Shown piece by piece: positions 21,101-28,956 of a stretch of DNA of 64,000 bases. Source of the stretch: a virus; IMG/VR virus record IMGVR_UViG_3300046821_000076, positions 8,335 to 72,334 of that record, one strand, 5' to 3'. Under the pieces are notes generated by a model, which was not told where the DNA came from, did no database searches, and worked only from the letters and a program-made list of their open reading frames with translations. The position numbers were made by a program, and so were the translations under genes. Position 1 is the stretch's first letter; each line of letters opens with the position of its first letter.

Positions 21101-22648
21101 TGCTTCCTGTGTCATACGTACAGTAGCCGCTTTAGGATTAAAGTTAGGAGAGCTAGGAGATGCAAAGTCTTCTGTAGGAATTGATTGATCAATCTCAGGA
21201 CTATCTTCTTTAGCCTTATTCAGATTACGTTCTGCAAGTGCTGCTTTAGCTTGAAGCCCTGTACCTAAGACTGCATTAGCTGTAGCTGCCGGAGTACCGA
21301 TAGCTCCTGTAATAGCTGCACCCATTGTAAAGGCTTCACCCATAGCAGCAGAATCAAGAGTGTTGTTTAGAGAACCCCAGTTAACTTCAATCTGTTGCTG
21401 TACTGCTTCTGTTACACCCTCTGCTAATGCTGATCTACCTAACTGCCCTGCAGATTGGACCACAGCTGCATTACGTATTTTATCAATAGCAGTCTTTTCA
21501 ATAGCACTAGGAACTGAGCTAGATTTTAAACCAAGAGAACTGCTAAGAGATTTACCTTTTAAAACTCCTGCAGCGATAACTGATTCTGCATAGTTAGCTG
21601 CAGTATACACAGCAGTCATTCCTAGGATACCTAGAGACTCTCCAGCAGTAGGTGCTCGTAATTCACGATCAACAAACGCATCATAAGAATCGTTTTGTAC
21701 TCGTGTAGCATCTACAACTATAGCAGGCATACGGGTATATGGTAATAAATACGGAGTCATGGCTGCAGCTTCTTCTAGAAGATATGCAGGATTTTCACTT
21801 AATGCATTTGCGGACTCTTTAGCAGATTTAGCAAACGTACCTAAATGTTTAGTTGCCCAACCAAAGTAATCACCTTGATCATAAGCATCACGAGCTTCAC
21901 GTTGAGCTAGTGCAGTCTCTTTTGGAGAAGTACCATTGTATTTCTTATGAGCTTGATATGCTTTCTCTCCAGTATGGTCATACCAGTTACGTGCATTAAA
22001 AGAACCTGCAATACCTTTCTCACGATCACCTGTTACTCGCTTTCCATAATCTTCTGCAGCATTGCTCCAATTAAGACGTTGCTTAGCCTCAGTCTCAGAA
22101 CCGTCTGGATTATATAGTAAAGCTTGTTCTTCAGGCGTTAATTGGTTTTGTTGCAAACGGTTTGTTAAGTAAGCTTTACGTTCAGTAGCCTCGCGTAAAT
22201 CTAAATAACCCCCTAAAGCCACAGCCTTAGCAGGATCGTCTAATACTGCTAACTCTTCTTGATACTTAGGATTATTCTTTTGATCTTGTAGTTTATAGAA
22301 AGCTGTTTCAGCATTCTTATCTAAACCAATAGTATTAGCAGCACCTATGCCATTAACAATAGCTCCACTAGCTTGTTCAAATAATTCACCAAACGCTCCT
22401 GCAGTTCTACGCCCTACGTTTAGAGCTTTTGAACCTATATTACGATTATCAAATTGATCACCGTAGTCTGCGTACTGTTGCAGTAATTCAGTAGCATTTA
22501 CTCGTGGAGCATAGTCTTGGGTATTAACCTGTGAGCGTGCTCCAATGGTTTCCTCATACGGAGTTACCTTAGGTTGCTGCTTCTTACTTAACTCCTGTGC
22601 AATCCTAGCAAATGCGTTTTGAACTTGATCATCTTTATATCCTGCCAT
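9188..22648 (-). CDS. Virion-encapsidated RNA polymerase (N4 gp50-like), 4486 aa
   Basis: Giant ORF; motif A EVDGVTNGP, motif B RKGTKTITTVINFS, motif C NIHDA; almost no Cys; position at end of late operon. Confidence 0.95.
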   Translation of the reverse strand: MAGYKDDQVQNAFARIAQELSKKQQPKVTPYEETIGARSQVNTQDYAPRVNATELLQQYADYGDQFDNRNIGSKALNVGRRTAGAFGELFEQASGAIVNGIGAANTIGLDKNAETAFYKLQDQKNNPKYQEELAVLDDPAKAVALGGYLDLREATERKAYLTNRLQQNQLTPEEQALLYNPDGSETEAKQRLNWSNAAEDYGKRVTGDREKGIAGSFNARNWYDHTGEKAYQAHKKYNGTSPKETALAQREARDAYDQGDYFGWATKHLGTFAKSAKESANALSENPAYLLEEAAAMTPYLLPYTRMPAIVVDATRVQNDSYDAFVDRELRAPTAGESLGILGMTAVYTAANYAESVIAAGVLKGKSLSSSLGLKSSSVPSAIEKTAIDKIRNAAVVQSAGQLGRSALAEGVTEAVQQQIEVNWGSLNNTLDSAAMGEAFTMGAAITGAIGTPAATANAVLGTGLQAKAALAERNLNKAKEDSPEIDQSIPTEDFASPSSPNFNPKAATVRMTQEASQAETPEAKQEIKAKQEEVLRASASRLDILENIIESLGDVEGTRTGVEEFRAQVQSAKDTDPSNPQVAQLEEALANADAVMAEIDANANDPEYADRVKKEYSGLINQLNKATEIRNNSEALADDLSNNPTTIPSKILGAPSSYTAAELAKASKDVKYAEADREVLRTLSEARQAYDDTQSIKRVSKDIINGSDYSKPIMSYMDDMSKAVASGNTRMQEVTSKMLDRFAKSHQSKADTITQAWEAAKAAPGTVVQVARVAGENKWFINTGDTIENTRENGALNIKYNPGGYGHSESLVSAISMESNLINKVKASVDALAARSTNDTSDPMERMQQMADSLDTSNGVDLEAQQLADEGRQQQAQANQAKGKSTPQNTPVNPDENIWEGIDESSLQLEPVDLDSIKPDLSNTEIQFDDSGVGSVVPTTTQPSGTTPETKGVVLTGKSSYLAKHQAKADKATKFIGQGSAQSSTAQYAKDFGESANTGTYTSDDVVFVSAESNREDRIPFDKAELHKAIEAGAIIITDDAHNRKRTDNVGVREVAAELALKGYEEVSPGEWKPKKKSNAPVVNTPKKGEEEDSEETTKLEYLTVPTELLNTSFSLHDPELKDLIFKIKGKKENTGDLNYLDELYDFLVEAADGNAGIHVFTDVESIPFDYVKVLANSERYSNGHTTFHIRIPELGDIPMIYIDLRDGGELISRTSSPQEAFAHEIHHTVTMQNLDSSSEIQDEINNVLKPRLVDHIEQNRERLEKEDPRTLSRLEYMLINNAEFITVGTTEYGAIQELKKISVPVDRSKAKTSMFKRLVQLIGKTVGMPNEVTNVYEKLLDQTAQLKEQAYVENQGELSNLNANADTTPVVNTPKMVRKVNDKGDIQFTGLTSPQYRELKPLTIKFNKQDDGSYISSSKVIELNGVTTDNPDATIKEWLDKGELFEIDATNPQTYNKYFIRDPKTSVLTPNGKSVVDYHKVEDSITYLMDDGLVLKQTDPTTIKIMLDQVLDGIAFDLDLTVKFTTKGIANKEESHAPFLRLTTVQFKELEKQKQLTLESLAKIVHPDRSYESLVIERAKAFIKDRNIKILTDKPNKSDTLVFDTSVDGWTKVGDNFHINPYASWKNNRDKHSLFTQVQNSILATMGSDPRVTAAYVPATFEGSTPEVDALLAAIRGDKKPIKKETPDDNLPTQEVRKFDGIEYIVDSTIPTMARTDKNNNITLNPRDAENSKEFWDYFGGVVQEDAPVRTKQASQQKKLVLAKLGVYGYSLDYLKQQLNTPRKLNEFLLRHEQSHIDNNDRAVYYSNGESLLTDDKVAIETRATLNALTAMGIEPKYEGNIDESFVSTSETPYEIYDIPLNENELKDMFGGLDTTTEYVPDFGTTVAANKEAQALREANKDLPLAEHDLVREAVNIVPTLLRDMPKSVTARLRSKEVKSGYNTAYTEILKDHLEKTVPNHTDQQHEAMKVLGGMFYNFSNITTGIYSNTTFLEDAGLETFNNFANYLVDLDAQVTAANDAKVDQLLPQVEDAITIAAFSWIMENGSTLMRMDNLPKAFGIEGNDLTVPYHIYDMLKAVGSAKPTAAETIGNKVIDMLGFKFTSDVADTRKSKLAVALGQLAVHRMTMAGYVEENTIEPAAVREIVRSIKEHNNQDIDEAELKAINQYTFINLPHSTKTFEPTGLSAKVLNETKGSESVLTKAFGVAPRVKPIRTSKPKAEKLVTQKTTDRLGTQIPSAQVEALSNAHTYKWGINKALNKLHTALGETDALKALRDRMYGKLTEAEINKKQAMKRDGIKANNQSIEREIQIYEASVDTLAKSRFGLDNDFYLEQEVQNQQRSHMANDLNPVASKLHRGLVELKEHRVKFPMTSVERDGIKAFFKTGNTEALLDSQTNTITPLGEFIQTVALLTEDLMPEGVSTTADKTQILNYAPQYLEWALRGDGTGTEVLIILEKMINGDNVPVEQVEKVVAAVNKAGMKAQSLKALVNLISFKNAFTSNKDTAFEVDISLEVDGVTNGPFLTQVLMNTLAAGMYGAGGMYKESDGITNVPQYKDLGNADMYEYNITHLRNAIALAPAKAGRVAYAKNSDVPAESITREVLQAVQVLHPKMLERKGTKTITTVINFSSGNPATAAGIIGDIKDSILSGLEKYSSESVDSVSRKLFIEKLNYLLKRGGLKADEHVKDDADLLNLVLTPQQDKAISKALEEPLMHVVSEFIKEAYPEYIKARDDITSAGQLAVGLFKPVYDAEVAKRTEALPEDVKKVEGLSKEAHEQILVDLRKDMPTFKSYLAGKSTNTEESSLPLVKIASKRSDQARDKSEFYIFGARKVNSLGLNNEDGSFKPSSSSKYTYHVTQQAKTYEIVPAGVANNPKGVHSTDAGIAHTQLGNWVTMNIHDALTAIVGKGRQFAKELNKVTTDALIEVDFNSNMITGSLKPLVAFLGLDSKAQLASKAELQKAAQSINKSHANDVYDAKGNLAPNSSIGDAVALLLDAAFDRDIAKLNTLLEYAYVNQYGLEGGEYKIVESDIKRIEEKLVEVRAKREEAIKQLVPQAVQLDSIFGVVGAKGIYQDAPVAEVTKVAEEKIETGVDKNTTQLYLSNVPKDTPINIKVLNFAIAHDTNKTKDVNPNLATVLSGQMYNLVKQALPEQLEVRVLHATDPRALEHWSKGRYGWFNSNVDGKPVIYLTADANGNFIPAIAIHELMHAVTFLALEKNDTPAAKEITALREQFVKFLANQGITPTDGVAYAIKNNHEFVSTVFERPEVAMLLNQMKVKATRKRGLEDFVKATSKLISQAFGLKPVELESGEITGLEALIGSVLTLSEGAENTKAYSLANVPSSILGASLRKAQQSVKAMNLTDLMEQLQGTGTNFDAQLKETMDEFALPIFDRMDTGLFDSIGLSNDPESVWQDAIATNTTVTSDKAVLSGYILQPLERFAVEAVYAATKAVAKERGLSISYAELDKAFSQARSKIKPKDLFKGDWSKATTAEKAIAQSKWDHLFKITQENDHLARFSSMVSGSAEINALLANVKTESGNKVSKDADINEKVQAYVMKAIEFLAQLISGVKSGAPVSEYVKSALKSVAKVDLKYRGGIVNKINDRISKVENKIDDAVIKARRKVASKIPAMNSTTVPEVTLVRNVATSAIEGTLMDNLNNTRETLLNNSEGKLEFWGELVNEMAENTPFKNIIEKMMRHVKKTSQAKELEKEYTIKNVLSTFKNGGKKLKRKTRESLTYLMVADVSALLGAFTPKQIHRMYQNPEYLNSVISQQASVVMSLDTRGTHLISRSKDLARYMVTNLGPENNDLALNATLIAMGACTANKMALKDVDPDLVAAIDSLVSLYAIRYTPTDIKAEISSVMDTELSRGDVNGIEAILKFHKGLADEARDELFKDNPLSMTKGYIPEITNPNHEIRFAKTDEEAKNFKDQFFREVKVLEPNPLARGDKVRMFLSEDAGLTRMISGTLEMFGKNPRGTDADVDVSVVLKASQAKQRSLHANTGYDPYKGNGTSALIPKYDLDGNVIGYRYEMSSYERDNLLGRDNDFANILGQYAATNFNKMNVPFNNRMVVDALVKEKQENYDSHPDSFIAVGFNVRDKELAKLWDLLPQDTRDYVREVTGKSVLYVPKEVLLPVFGYQKYSATQGFDKPRSERNLYEKVYVALFKAVFGNNARVYGARTERAMQSAVALTKNFIVIRNLRTLSMNIISNAFLLQAHGISMTAIVKDTVYALRAAMQHRKDNALLTAKRQMLYTGLGNKKELEQEVLRLEQAIANNPLAEFINEGMMPSIVDDVALNQDDAFSFKSALERKFEKQLSKIPAGVRSTADWLLVSPTTPLYQFLNNTTQLSDFTAKYVMYNYYRNNAPKKERLDHDAAIQIASDTFINYDMPTSKGMQYLNDMGIIMFSKYNLRIQKALFRLLERKPARALLQALVMHNGTDIPYGIDPIIWNQMGIPFREGALAFPSVIDEPITMNMATSML
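18518..19407. repeat. 23-bp direct repeat pair inside vRNAP (18518-18540 and 19385-19407)
   Basis: CTTAGGAGT(G/A)TTTACTACAGGAG, 22/23 identical, 867 bp apart, both encoding PVVNTPK. Confidence 0.9.
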
Positions 22649-22753
22649 TGTATTTACCTTTAAAAGAAATAAGCACGTATATCTACGTGCCTATCCTAGC
22701 AGAAGTGTATCTATAGCTAAACTAAAGATTGATACCACAAACATTCAAGATGT

Positions 22754-25009
22754 TTATTTAGTATTGAAACGTTTTCTCATCTCCTCATTACCTGCTTTGA
22801 TAGCGTTTGTGTAGGTAGCCTCAAACTTCTTTTGTTGATCGCTTTTTTGCTTAGCTTTTTCAATACGTTCATTAGCTAGTTTAAGACGTTCCTTAGCTAT
22901 ACGTTGCTTTTCACGCTCTGCAGCGGCTATACGTATTTTTTCACGTGCTGCAAGTTGACTAGCTTTCTTAGCTTCTTTATCAGCCTTCTCCTTAGCCTCT
23001 ATAGCTTTAAGACGTTCAGTAGCTTCTTTTTGCGCTTGTCTAATTAAGTCTCGATTTTTATCCCTTACTTTACTATCTGGAGTACCGAATAAATTTCCAG
23101 GTATAACATTATCAACCTTACCTCGCTTAACATAAAAATCCACAATGGCTTGCTTAGTAGGTGTAGGTGTAGGGTTCTTAGCCTGCACAGGAGTAGTAGA
23201 GGTGGGGACTGAGGTTTTAGTAGGCGTAGTCTTAGTAGCTGCAGGTGTACCTTTACCTTTACTAGCTGGAGGTGGAGTTGTAGCAGCAGCTTTATCTACC
23301 TTCTTATCAAGAGCTTCTTGAACTTTTACAGTAGGCTTACCATAAAGAGATTGGTAACGAGCAGGATCAATATGCAGTAAAGCTTCTTTAGCAGATATGG
23401 ATACACCCTCAGCTTCAAACTCTTGTTGAATCTTCTGAACATAGGTATTACTAGGATGGGAAGCTTTAGCTACATGCTTCTTACGTTTAGCATCAATACT
23501 AATTTCCCCTTTGATAAGGTTATCAATACTCTTCTTTAAACCAGCAGCAGAGTTGTAAACTTCAAAAAACCCTCCTGGCTGAGACTGCCAAGCTTTAGCC
23601 CTGTTATATACATTGGTAATACCCTCTGCAGATAACCCTGCAAGTTGTGGGTTAGCTTGCATAGCCTTAGCAATATCGAAAGCATCTTGAGTAACTTTAG
23701 AACCTTCCTCCTTGGCTGTAAGCCCTGCAAGAACATTACCTACATTAACAGGCTGATCTTTGAGAGCTAAGCCCTCGTTGTACTTGAGCATAGCATCTTG
23801 GTATTCACCTCGAATCTTCTGCTGTACCTTACGATCAATACCTGCCAATGGAACATTTGCTGGAGTGTTACCTGCTACCCCAGACCCTCCATTAGAATAT
23901 TCAGCCATTGCCTTGTTCACACGAGGTACATAGTCACGTGTCTCTTTAGGCAAATAAGAAAGCCAATTACCTCCTGATTTTTTCGCTTTCTTAACTGCCT
24001 GCTCAACATTACCTCCCCCAGCATTAAATGCAGCAGTTGCTTGGTCCTCAGTAAATCCATGTTGTTTCTGCACACGTGATCTATATTCCATACCCCATCT
24101 GATTTGTTCTTCAGGAGTAGAGTTTTTAAGATCAATAGGAGGCATACCGTATCCAGGGTCTGCCGCAGTCGCAGGCATAATCTGAATAATACCTTGAGCA
24201 CCTGCAGGAGATACCGCATTAGGATTACCTTTACTTTCAGTATGAATCATACCTGCTGCTAAAGGTCCAAACACACTAGCGTACCTAGCAATAGCAGCTC
24301 CTCCTCCACCTCCAGTAGTATATTCTGTACCATCAGGAGCTACCCGTACACTGCCAGCTCCTGAATCTTGATCTGCTTTATAGAGCACTTCGCCCCTTCT
24401 CAACGCACTTTCTTGCTCTGCAAGCGTAGCCGTACGGTTGTACTGATCAGCATCTTGGTTTAGCTTTTGTAACTCCCAATAGTTTTTATTGGTAAAGTCA
24501 CGAGCATTAGTTAAGTACTGACCAACTTTAGTTGAAATATCTGTGATATCTACACCTGTATCAGCTATAGCTTGAATTTGTGCAAGCTCCTCTGGTGTAG
24601 CATCTAAAGCCGCTAACTGTTTCCCATAGATTGCAGCTACTTGAGGACGTGCAGCTATGTTAGCCTTCTTATCCTTGAAATCCATTTCAGTAGATTGACG
24701 TTGCATAAGTGTTGCAGGACGTTCATCCATAGCAGTACGTACAGCATCCATGTCGTAGCCTGATCCCCAACGTTGTTGCATTGCAGCAATATTTGCTTGA
24801 GCAATTGCTAACTCTTCAGGATTCTTTGCTTGGTTTAAAGCAGTGAGCATGTCATTAGTATTCTGCTTCTTAAGATTATCTTGATAACCTTTGTAAGCAG
24901 TACCTATTTGCTCTACTCCTGCTACTGATTGAGCTTGAGCCTTTTGAATAGCATCTAAGTATTTAGATGTATCAATAGGGTCCATATTCTCCCACGTTAA
25001 TTGACTCAT
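22754..25009 (-). CDS. Internal virion/ejection protein with lytic transglycosylase (SLT) domain (gp51 position)
   Basis: MIHTESKGNPNAVSPAGAQGIIQIMPATA, AFNAG, ETRDYV SLT motifs. Confidence 0.88.
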   Translation of the reverse strand: MSQLTWENMDPIDTSKYLDAIQKAQAQSVAGVEQIGTAYKGYQDNLKKQNTNDMLTALNQAKNPEELAIAQANIAAMQQRWGSGYDMDAVRTAMDERPATLMQRQSTEMDFKDKKANIAARPQVAAIYGKQLAALDATPEELAQIQAIADTGVDITDISTKVGQYLTNARDFTNKNYWELQKLNQDADQYNRTATLAEQESALRRGEVLYKADQDSGAGSVRVAPDGTEYTTGGGGGAAIARYASVFGPLAAGMIHTESKGNPNAVSPAGAQGIIQIMPATAADPGYGMPPIDLKNSTPEEQIRWGMEYRSRVQKQHGFTEDQATAAFNAGGGNVEQAVKKAKKSGGNWLSYLPKETRDYVPRVNKAMAEYSNGGSGVAGNTPANVPLAGIDRKVQQKIRGEYQDAMLKYNEGLALKDQPVNVGNVLAGLTAKEEGSKVTQDAFDIAKAMQANPQLAGLSAEGITNVYNRAKAWQSQPGGFFEVYNSAAGLKKSIDNLIKGEISIDAKRKKHVAKASHPSNTYVQKIQQEFEAEGVSISAKEALLHIDPARYQSLYGKPTVKVQEALDKKVDKAAATTPPPASKGKGTPAATKTTPTKTSVPTSTTPVQAKNPTPTPTKQAIVDFYVKRGKVDNVIPGNLFGTPDSKVRDKNRDLIRQAQKEATERLKAIEAKEKADKEAKKASQLAAREKIRIAAAEREKQRIAKERLKLANERIEKAKQKSDQQKKFEATYTNAIKAGNEEMRKRFNTK

Positions 25010-25020
25010 ATATACTATCC

Positions 25021-25452
25021 TTATTTAAGACGGTTCTTAGCCATGTATGAATCAACATCTTGTTGATTAGCACCTTGAGCTGCTACACGAGCACTCTGAC
25101 GATCTTCAAGATGAGTGTTATAAGCCGTTACTTGGTTAGCATAGTTCTTATTCCACTGGTTTAAAGAGTTAGCCATTTGTTGCTTAATTAACTTAGTTTG
25201 TTGCATACCGTTGTATGCTCCCCATAAGCCAGCAGCTCCTTGTAGACCTCCCGTAATGGTAGAACCATATTGAGAGTTAATGTCACGAAGCTTATCTCCA
25301 AGTCCAGGTTTGCCTTGTAATGTATCTGCCCATACTACGTTAGATTTTGCTAAAGCAGGGGACAACGCCTCCATACCTGGGTTTTTATAGTTTCCACCAA
25401 ACAGCACAAGATTGTTTGGGTTATATGTATTACCATCAAGTTCAAACGACAT
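25021..25452 (-). CDS. Ejection protein (N4 gp52-like)
   Basis: Gly-rich hydrophobic patch then NWNKNYANQ..YNTHLEDRQ; synteny. Confidence 0.8.
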   Translation of the reverse strand: MSFELDGNTYNPNNLVLFGGNYKNPGMEALSPALAKSNVVWADTLQGKPGLGDKLRDINSQYGSTITGGLQGAAGLWGAYNGMQQTKLIKQQMANSLNQWNKNYANQVTAYNTHLEDRQSARVAAQGANQQDVDSYMAKNRLK

Positions 25453-27769
25453 AGCGTGTATTCTCCAAGTTAATAGTGAGTGTGTTTAAATCAGGTAGTA
25501 GTGTATTGATGTCTACATAAGACTCAACGTAATCATACACGTAAGTACCTACATTTACATTATGGATAGACTTCTCATAATAGTCTTCAGGTTCTTCTCC
25601 TAATCTAATATCAAGACTTACAGGAGGAAGGAATATCATTACATCAGGGGTAGGTACTTGAAGTAAACCAAGAGCTTCTACCTTCTCTTTAAGCGTTTCA
25701 TCTCTAGCTTGCAAGTCTAGTACTGACTGTTGGTATTGATCCATAGCTTTGCCTAATGCTGATTGGTTTCCTGCATTAGCCATAGCAAATGCTGCATTAC
25801 TTGCAAGCATTACATTAGAAGCTGTCATACCTGCCATACCTGTAGTATTCGTATATCCAAGGTATCCGCCATATACAGCAGCTACTACAGCAAGGATAAC
25901 CATAATTACTTGGAATACTGTAGAACTAAGTCCAAGAGATATGACAAGTTTTTGCAGTAGCCTTATGGCTACTGATATGGCAATAGACATACCTATACCT
26001 ACTGCTACTAGTGCCGTAGCACTTAAAGTTGCTAGCCCTGCAGGAGGGAAAAACACAGTAATAACTACAGCAACAATAACCATGACAACTTTAAAGATAC
26101 CTGTTTGATACCATTTCTTTTTAACCGTTTGAGAGGTGTTAACAACTAATTGCATAGCCATTGCATAAAGCTTCTCAAGCTCTACTGAGGATAATTTAGC
26201 AGTAATGGCTAAATCGAGAGGTACTATTAAATCTTCTGAATCCCCTGAAGGAGTAAACCAGTTATTGTTATCCATCTTATCTATGCTGGCTAGGTTATAT
26301 ACCGATAACGCTGTATAAGTATTTTCAGTTTCTTGGTAGTAGTACGTATGTACTCTAGAGGTGTAAGTGGAAGTATACTTACCTACTTCTGTAATAGTAC
26401 CTTGAAGAGTTCGTTTAGCTATAGCGTCAAAAGCAATACCAGAAGTATGTAATGAATCTTTTAGATGAATAGTTGTACCTTGCTTAGCACCTGTAGGTAG
26501 AGCTAGCTTAGTCTTCCAGAGTCTACTTTGAACAGTGTAGCTGCTAATATATTTATTAGGTAATCCACGATAAGCAGTATCAAAATAATGATAGAGATAC
26601 TGATGTATAAGTTTATTCTTACTATTTGCTTCAAGCCCGAAAGTTAAGAAGATTTCACGTACGTACTGTAATCCGCTCATATTCTCGTGAACTTCTTCTA
26701 CCCAGTCCTTCCACTTAATTCCTAACAGCTTTCCAAACCTATTCATTGATTTGTATTCTTCAGTATCTTCTGTGTACTTAACGTAGTTAGTACCTTTCAT
26801 GCGAGCATACAAGCGTGGAGGGTATATACCTGTTTTCTCAACAGACTCTACTACTTCTTCTAACTTAGCGATTAAGTTAGTACCTGTACGGTAGGTAAAG
26901 TACTCAGCATACTTTTTATCATTACGGATATACGTATAGTAAGCCATAACATAATCAGCATCAGTAGTAGGAGCAGGAATACTTGGGGCTATCACATCTG
27001 GGTCAAACTCTAACTCTGTATTCTCATCAATACTTCCAACAGGAGCTTCGTTAGGCGATACGTAATTAAAGTACTCCATAGTGACGTTATACGAGACTTC
27101 CTCGCCTAAGTCATCTGCATAACAAAGTACAAAGGTACATTTAGAATCAGGTACAGCACTTGTTATCTGAATCTGACTATGAGGTCTAGGAAGTGCTAAC
27201 CTGAATGGGGTATATCCAGAAGTAGCTGAAGGTCCTTGAAACACTAACTGAATATGATCACTTGAATCCACAGTATCTTGGTTTAACTCAATAACAATAT
27301 CTTTTAGGTAGACCTGCTTACCAATACGATCAGACTCATTTAAGACTTCATTAGTTATAGGATTGTACCCGTAAGACTCTTGTAGCGTGTACTTAGCAAT
27401 ATGGTAGTAATTAGCCTTACCAAACTCTTGATAAATAATATCAGGAGTAAAACCAAGGATCGTATCTAGCGTTGATACTAACTGGGTATTTAATCTTTCT
27501 TTAGTTGGTTTGAATTCATAACTGCCTTTAACCTCTCCCATGGCATAGGTATCAGATTTAGACATTCTATGTGCTCGATTAAGCTTAGCTATAATAGTAC
27601 TTTGTCTACCTTCTACTAAATAGTCTGCCAAACTTCGTGTAGATGTTTTAGTAGAAGCACTATCAGTAGAGCGTAAATAAGCCAATACAACAGACTTAGA
27701 CATTGGTTGTATCTGATCGTCATCAATCATCCTAGATACATTATGTGATGTATACGTCTTTGATCCCAT
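25442..27769 (-). CDS. Virion-associated protein with hydrophobic C-terminal helices (N4 gp53-like)
   Basis: KKKWYQTGIFK followed by several hydrophobic segments; synteny. Confidence 0.8.
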   Translation of the reverse strand: MGSKTYTSHNVSRMIDDDQIQPMSKSVVLAYLRSTDSASTKTSTRSLADYLVEGRQSTIIAKLNRAHRMSKSDTYAMGEVKGSYEFKPTKERLNTQLVSTLDTILGFTPDIIYQEFGKANYYHIAKYTLQESYGYNPITNEVLNESDRIGKQVYLKDIVIELNQDTVDSSDHIQLVFQGPSATSGYTPFRLALPRPHSQIQITSAVPDSKCTFVLCYADDLGEEVSYNVTMEYFNYVSPNEAPVGSIDENTELEFDPDVIAPSIPAPTTDADYVMAYYTYIRNDKKYAEYFTYRTGTNLIAKLEEVVESVEKTGIYPPRLYARMKGTNYVKYTEDTEEYKSMNRFGKLLGIKWKDWVEEVHENMSGLQYVREIFLTFGLEANSKNKLIHQYLYHYFDTAYRGLPNKYISSYTVQSRLWKTKLALPTGAKQGTTIHLKDSLHTSGIAFDAIAKRTLQGTITEVGKYTSTYTSRVHTYYYQETENTYTALSVYNLASIDKMDNNNWFTPSGDSEDLIVPLDLAITAKLSSVELEKLYAMAMQLVVNTSQTVKKKWYQTGIFKVVMVIVAVVITVFFPPAGLATLSATALVAVGIGMSIAISVAIRLLQKLVISLGLSSTVFQVIMVILAVVAAVYGGYLGYTNTTGMAGMTASNVMLASNAAFAMANAGNQSALGKAMDQYQQSVLDLQARDETLKEKVEALGLLQVPTPDVMIFLPPVSLDIRLGEEPEDYYEKSIHNVNVGTYVYDYVESYVDINTLLPDLNTLTINLENTRYVV

Positions 27770-27783
27770 GGATTCCTCGCAAT

Positions 27784-27806
27784 AAAAAAGGGAGCTATTG
27801 CTCCCT
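27784..27806 (-). terminator. Intrinsic terminator
   Basis: AGGGAGC/GCTCCCT stem with T6 on minus strand. Confidence 0.8.
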
Positions 27807-27828
27807 AGTTTATATTATCACTACTTGC

Positions 27829-28953
27829 TTAGATACCAGCCCCAGCAAGCATAGCACTCACAGCTCTACCAATACTTGTATCGTATAGAAGGTTTGCAGC
27901 GTTAGCTTTAATAGAATCATCTGTATTACGTTGTACGTTCCAAGCATCTACAAGAATCTTAGCAGCTTTCTGTTCTGCATCTCGTGCATAACCTGCAGCT
28001 TGTGCTCGTAGTACTGCAATGTTTGAACCCAATACAGAGTTAGGATGAGCAGCATCCATAGTCTGAGCATTCTCTGTAAGAACTTTAGCAGCGTATAGTT
28101 GAGCTTGTGCTTGAGCAGATTCTACTTCTGCACGCTTAACGTCTAGCTCTAATACGCGTACTTGTAACTCTGCATCCGCTAATAAGATTTGTTTGTCCTG
28201 AAGTGTAAGACTACTAATCTTAATCTCTAACTCTTTCTCTAAGATATCAGATTGACGAGTCATATTAGCAATCTCAGCTTGGATACGCTCAATGTTATAA
28301 GGGATTAATCTATTCTCCTCAGTAATTTTAACAACTTGAGCTTCAGTCAATGCAATCTGACTTTGAGCATTATCTGTTTGAGCTTGTAGTAGCTCTACTT
28401 CAACAGGAGTTTTATTTGCAAGGTTATATACCGCAATATCTTTCTCTGTCTCTGCTAAGCCTACCTGAGCAATACGAAGGTCTTTCTCTACACTAGCAAG
28501 CTCTAAGTTACTGCGGAGAACTGAAATCTCTACAGGAATCTTATGAGCTTCAGCTTCAGCAGATTTTACTTGCTGTTCTGTTAGTTCTGTTTGAGCTTGA
28601 GTTTGAGCAATCTGTGCAAACTTTAATTGAGCATCTTTAATAGCAATCTCTGCTTGATGGTCAAGTAATACACCTTGCTTGCCTAAGTTATCTAACTCAA
28701 AACCAAGAGTCTTAGCTCGAAGTAAGTAATCAACGCTTTGAGCCATAGTACTTTGAAGAGCTTCTAGATATACAGTCGCATACTCTTTACCAGTAATGCG
28801 ACTCTTAGCGTGCTCTTCTTGTATGTGGTTTTTAACTGACCGTAAGAGAACGTCAAATACACCTGTACCTGCAATCTCTGCTGTAGTCAGCTCTGTTACG
28901 TTTAAAGGTTCATCAAGCTGAGCAAGCTTCAGGGTTACGTTCTCAATAGTCAT
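27829..28953 (-). CDS. Structural coiled-coil protein (N4 gp54-like)
   Basis: GTGVFDVLL...ITGKEYATVY N-terminus, heptad-rich middle, RDAEQKAAK C-terminus. Confidence 0.82.
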   Translation of the reverse strand: MTIENVTLKLAQLDEPLNVTELTTAEIAGTGVFDVLLRSVKNHIQEEHAKSRITGKEYATVYLEALQSTMAQSVDYLLRAKTLGFELDNLGKQGVLLDHQAEIAIKDAQLKFAQIAQTQAQTELTEQQVKSAEAEAHKIPVEISVLRSNLELASVEKDLRIAQVGLAETEKDIAVYNLANKTPVEVELLQAQTDNAQSQIALTEAQVVKITEENRLIPYNIERIQAEIANMTRQSDILEKELEIKISSLTLQDKQILLADAELQVRVLELDVKRAEVESAQAQAQLYAAKVLTENAQTMDAAHPNSVLGSNIAVLRAQAAGYARDAEQKAAKILVDAWNVQRNTDDSIKANAANLLYDTSIGRAVSAMLAGAGI

Positions 28954-28956
28954 GGA

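Noticed and set aside
11565-21593. Plus-strand ORFs antisense to vRNAP
   Set aside because: Shadow ORFs caused by codon bias; no RBS or recognisable motifs
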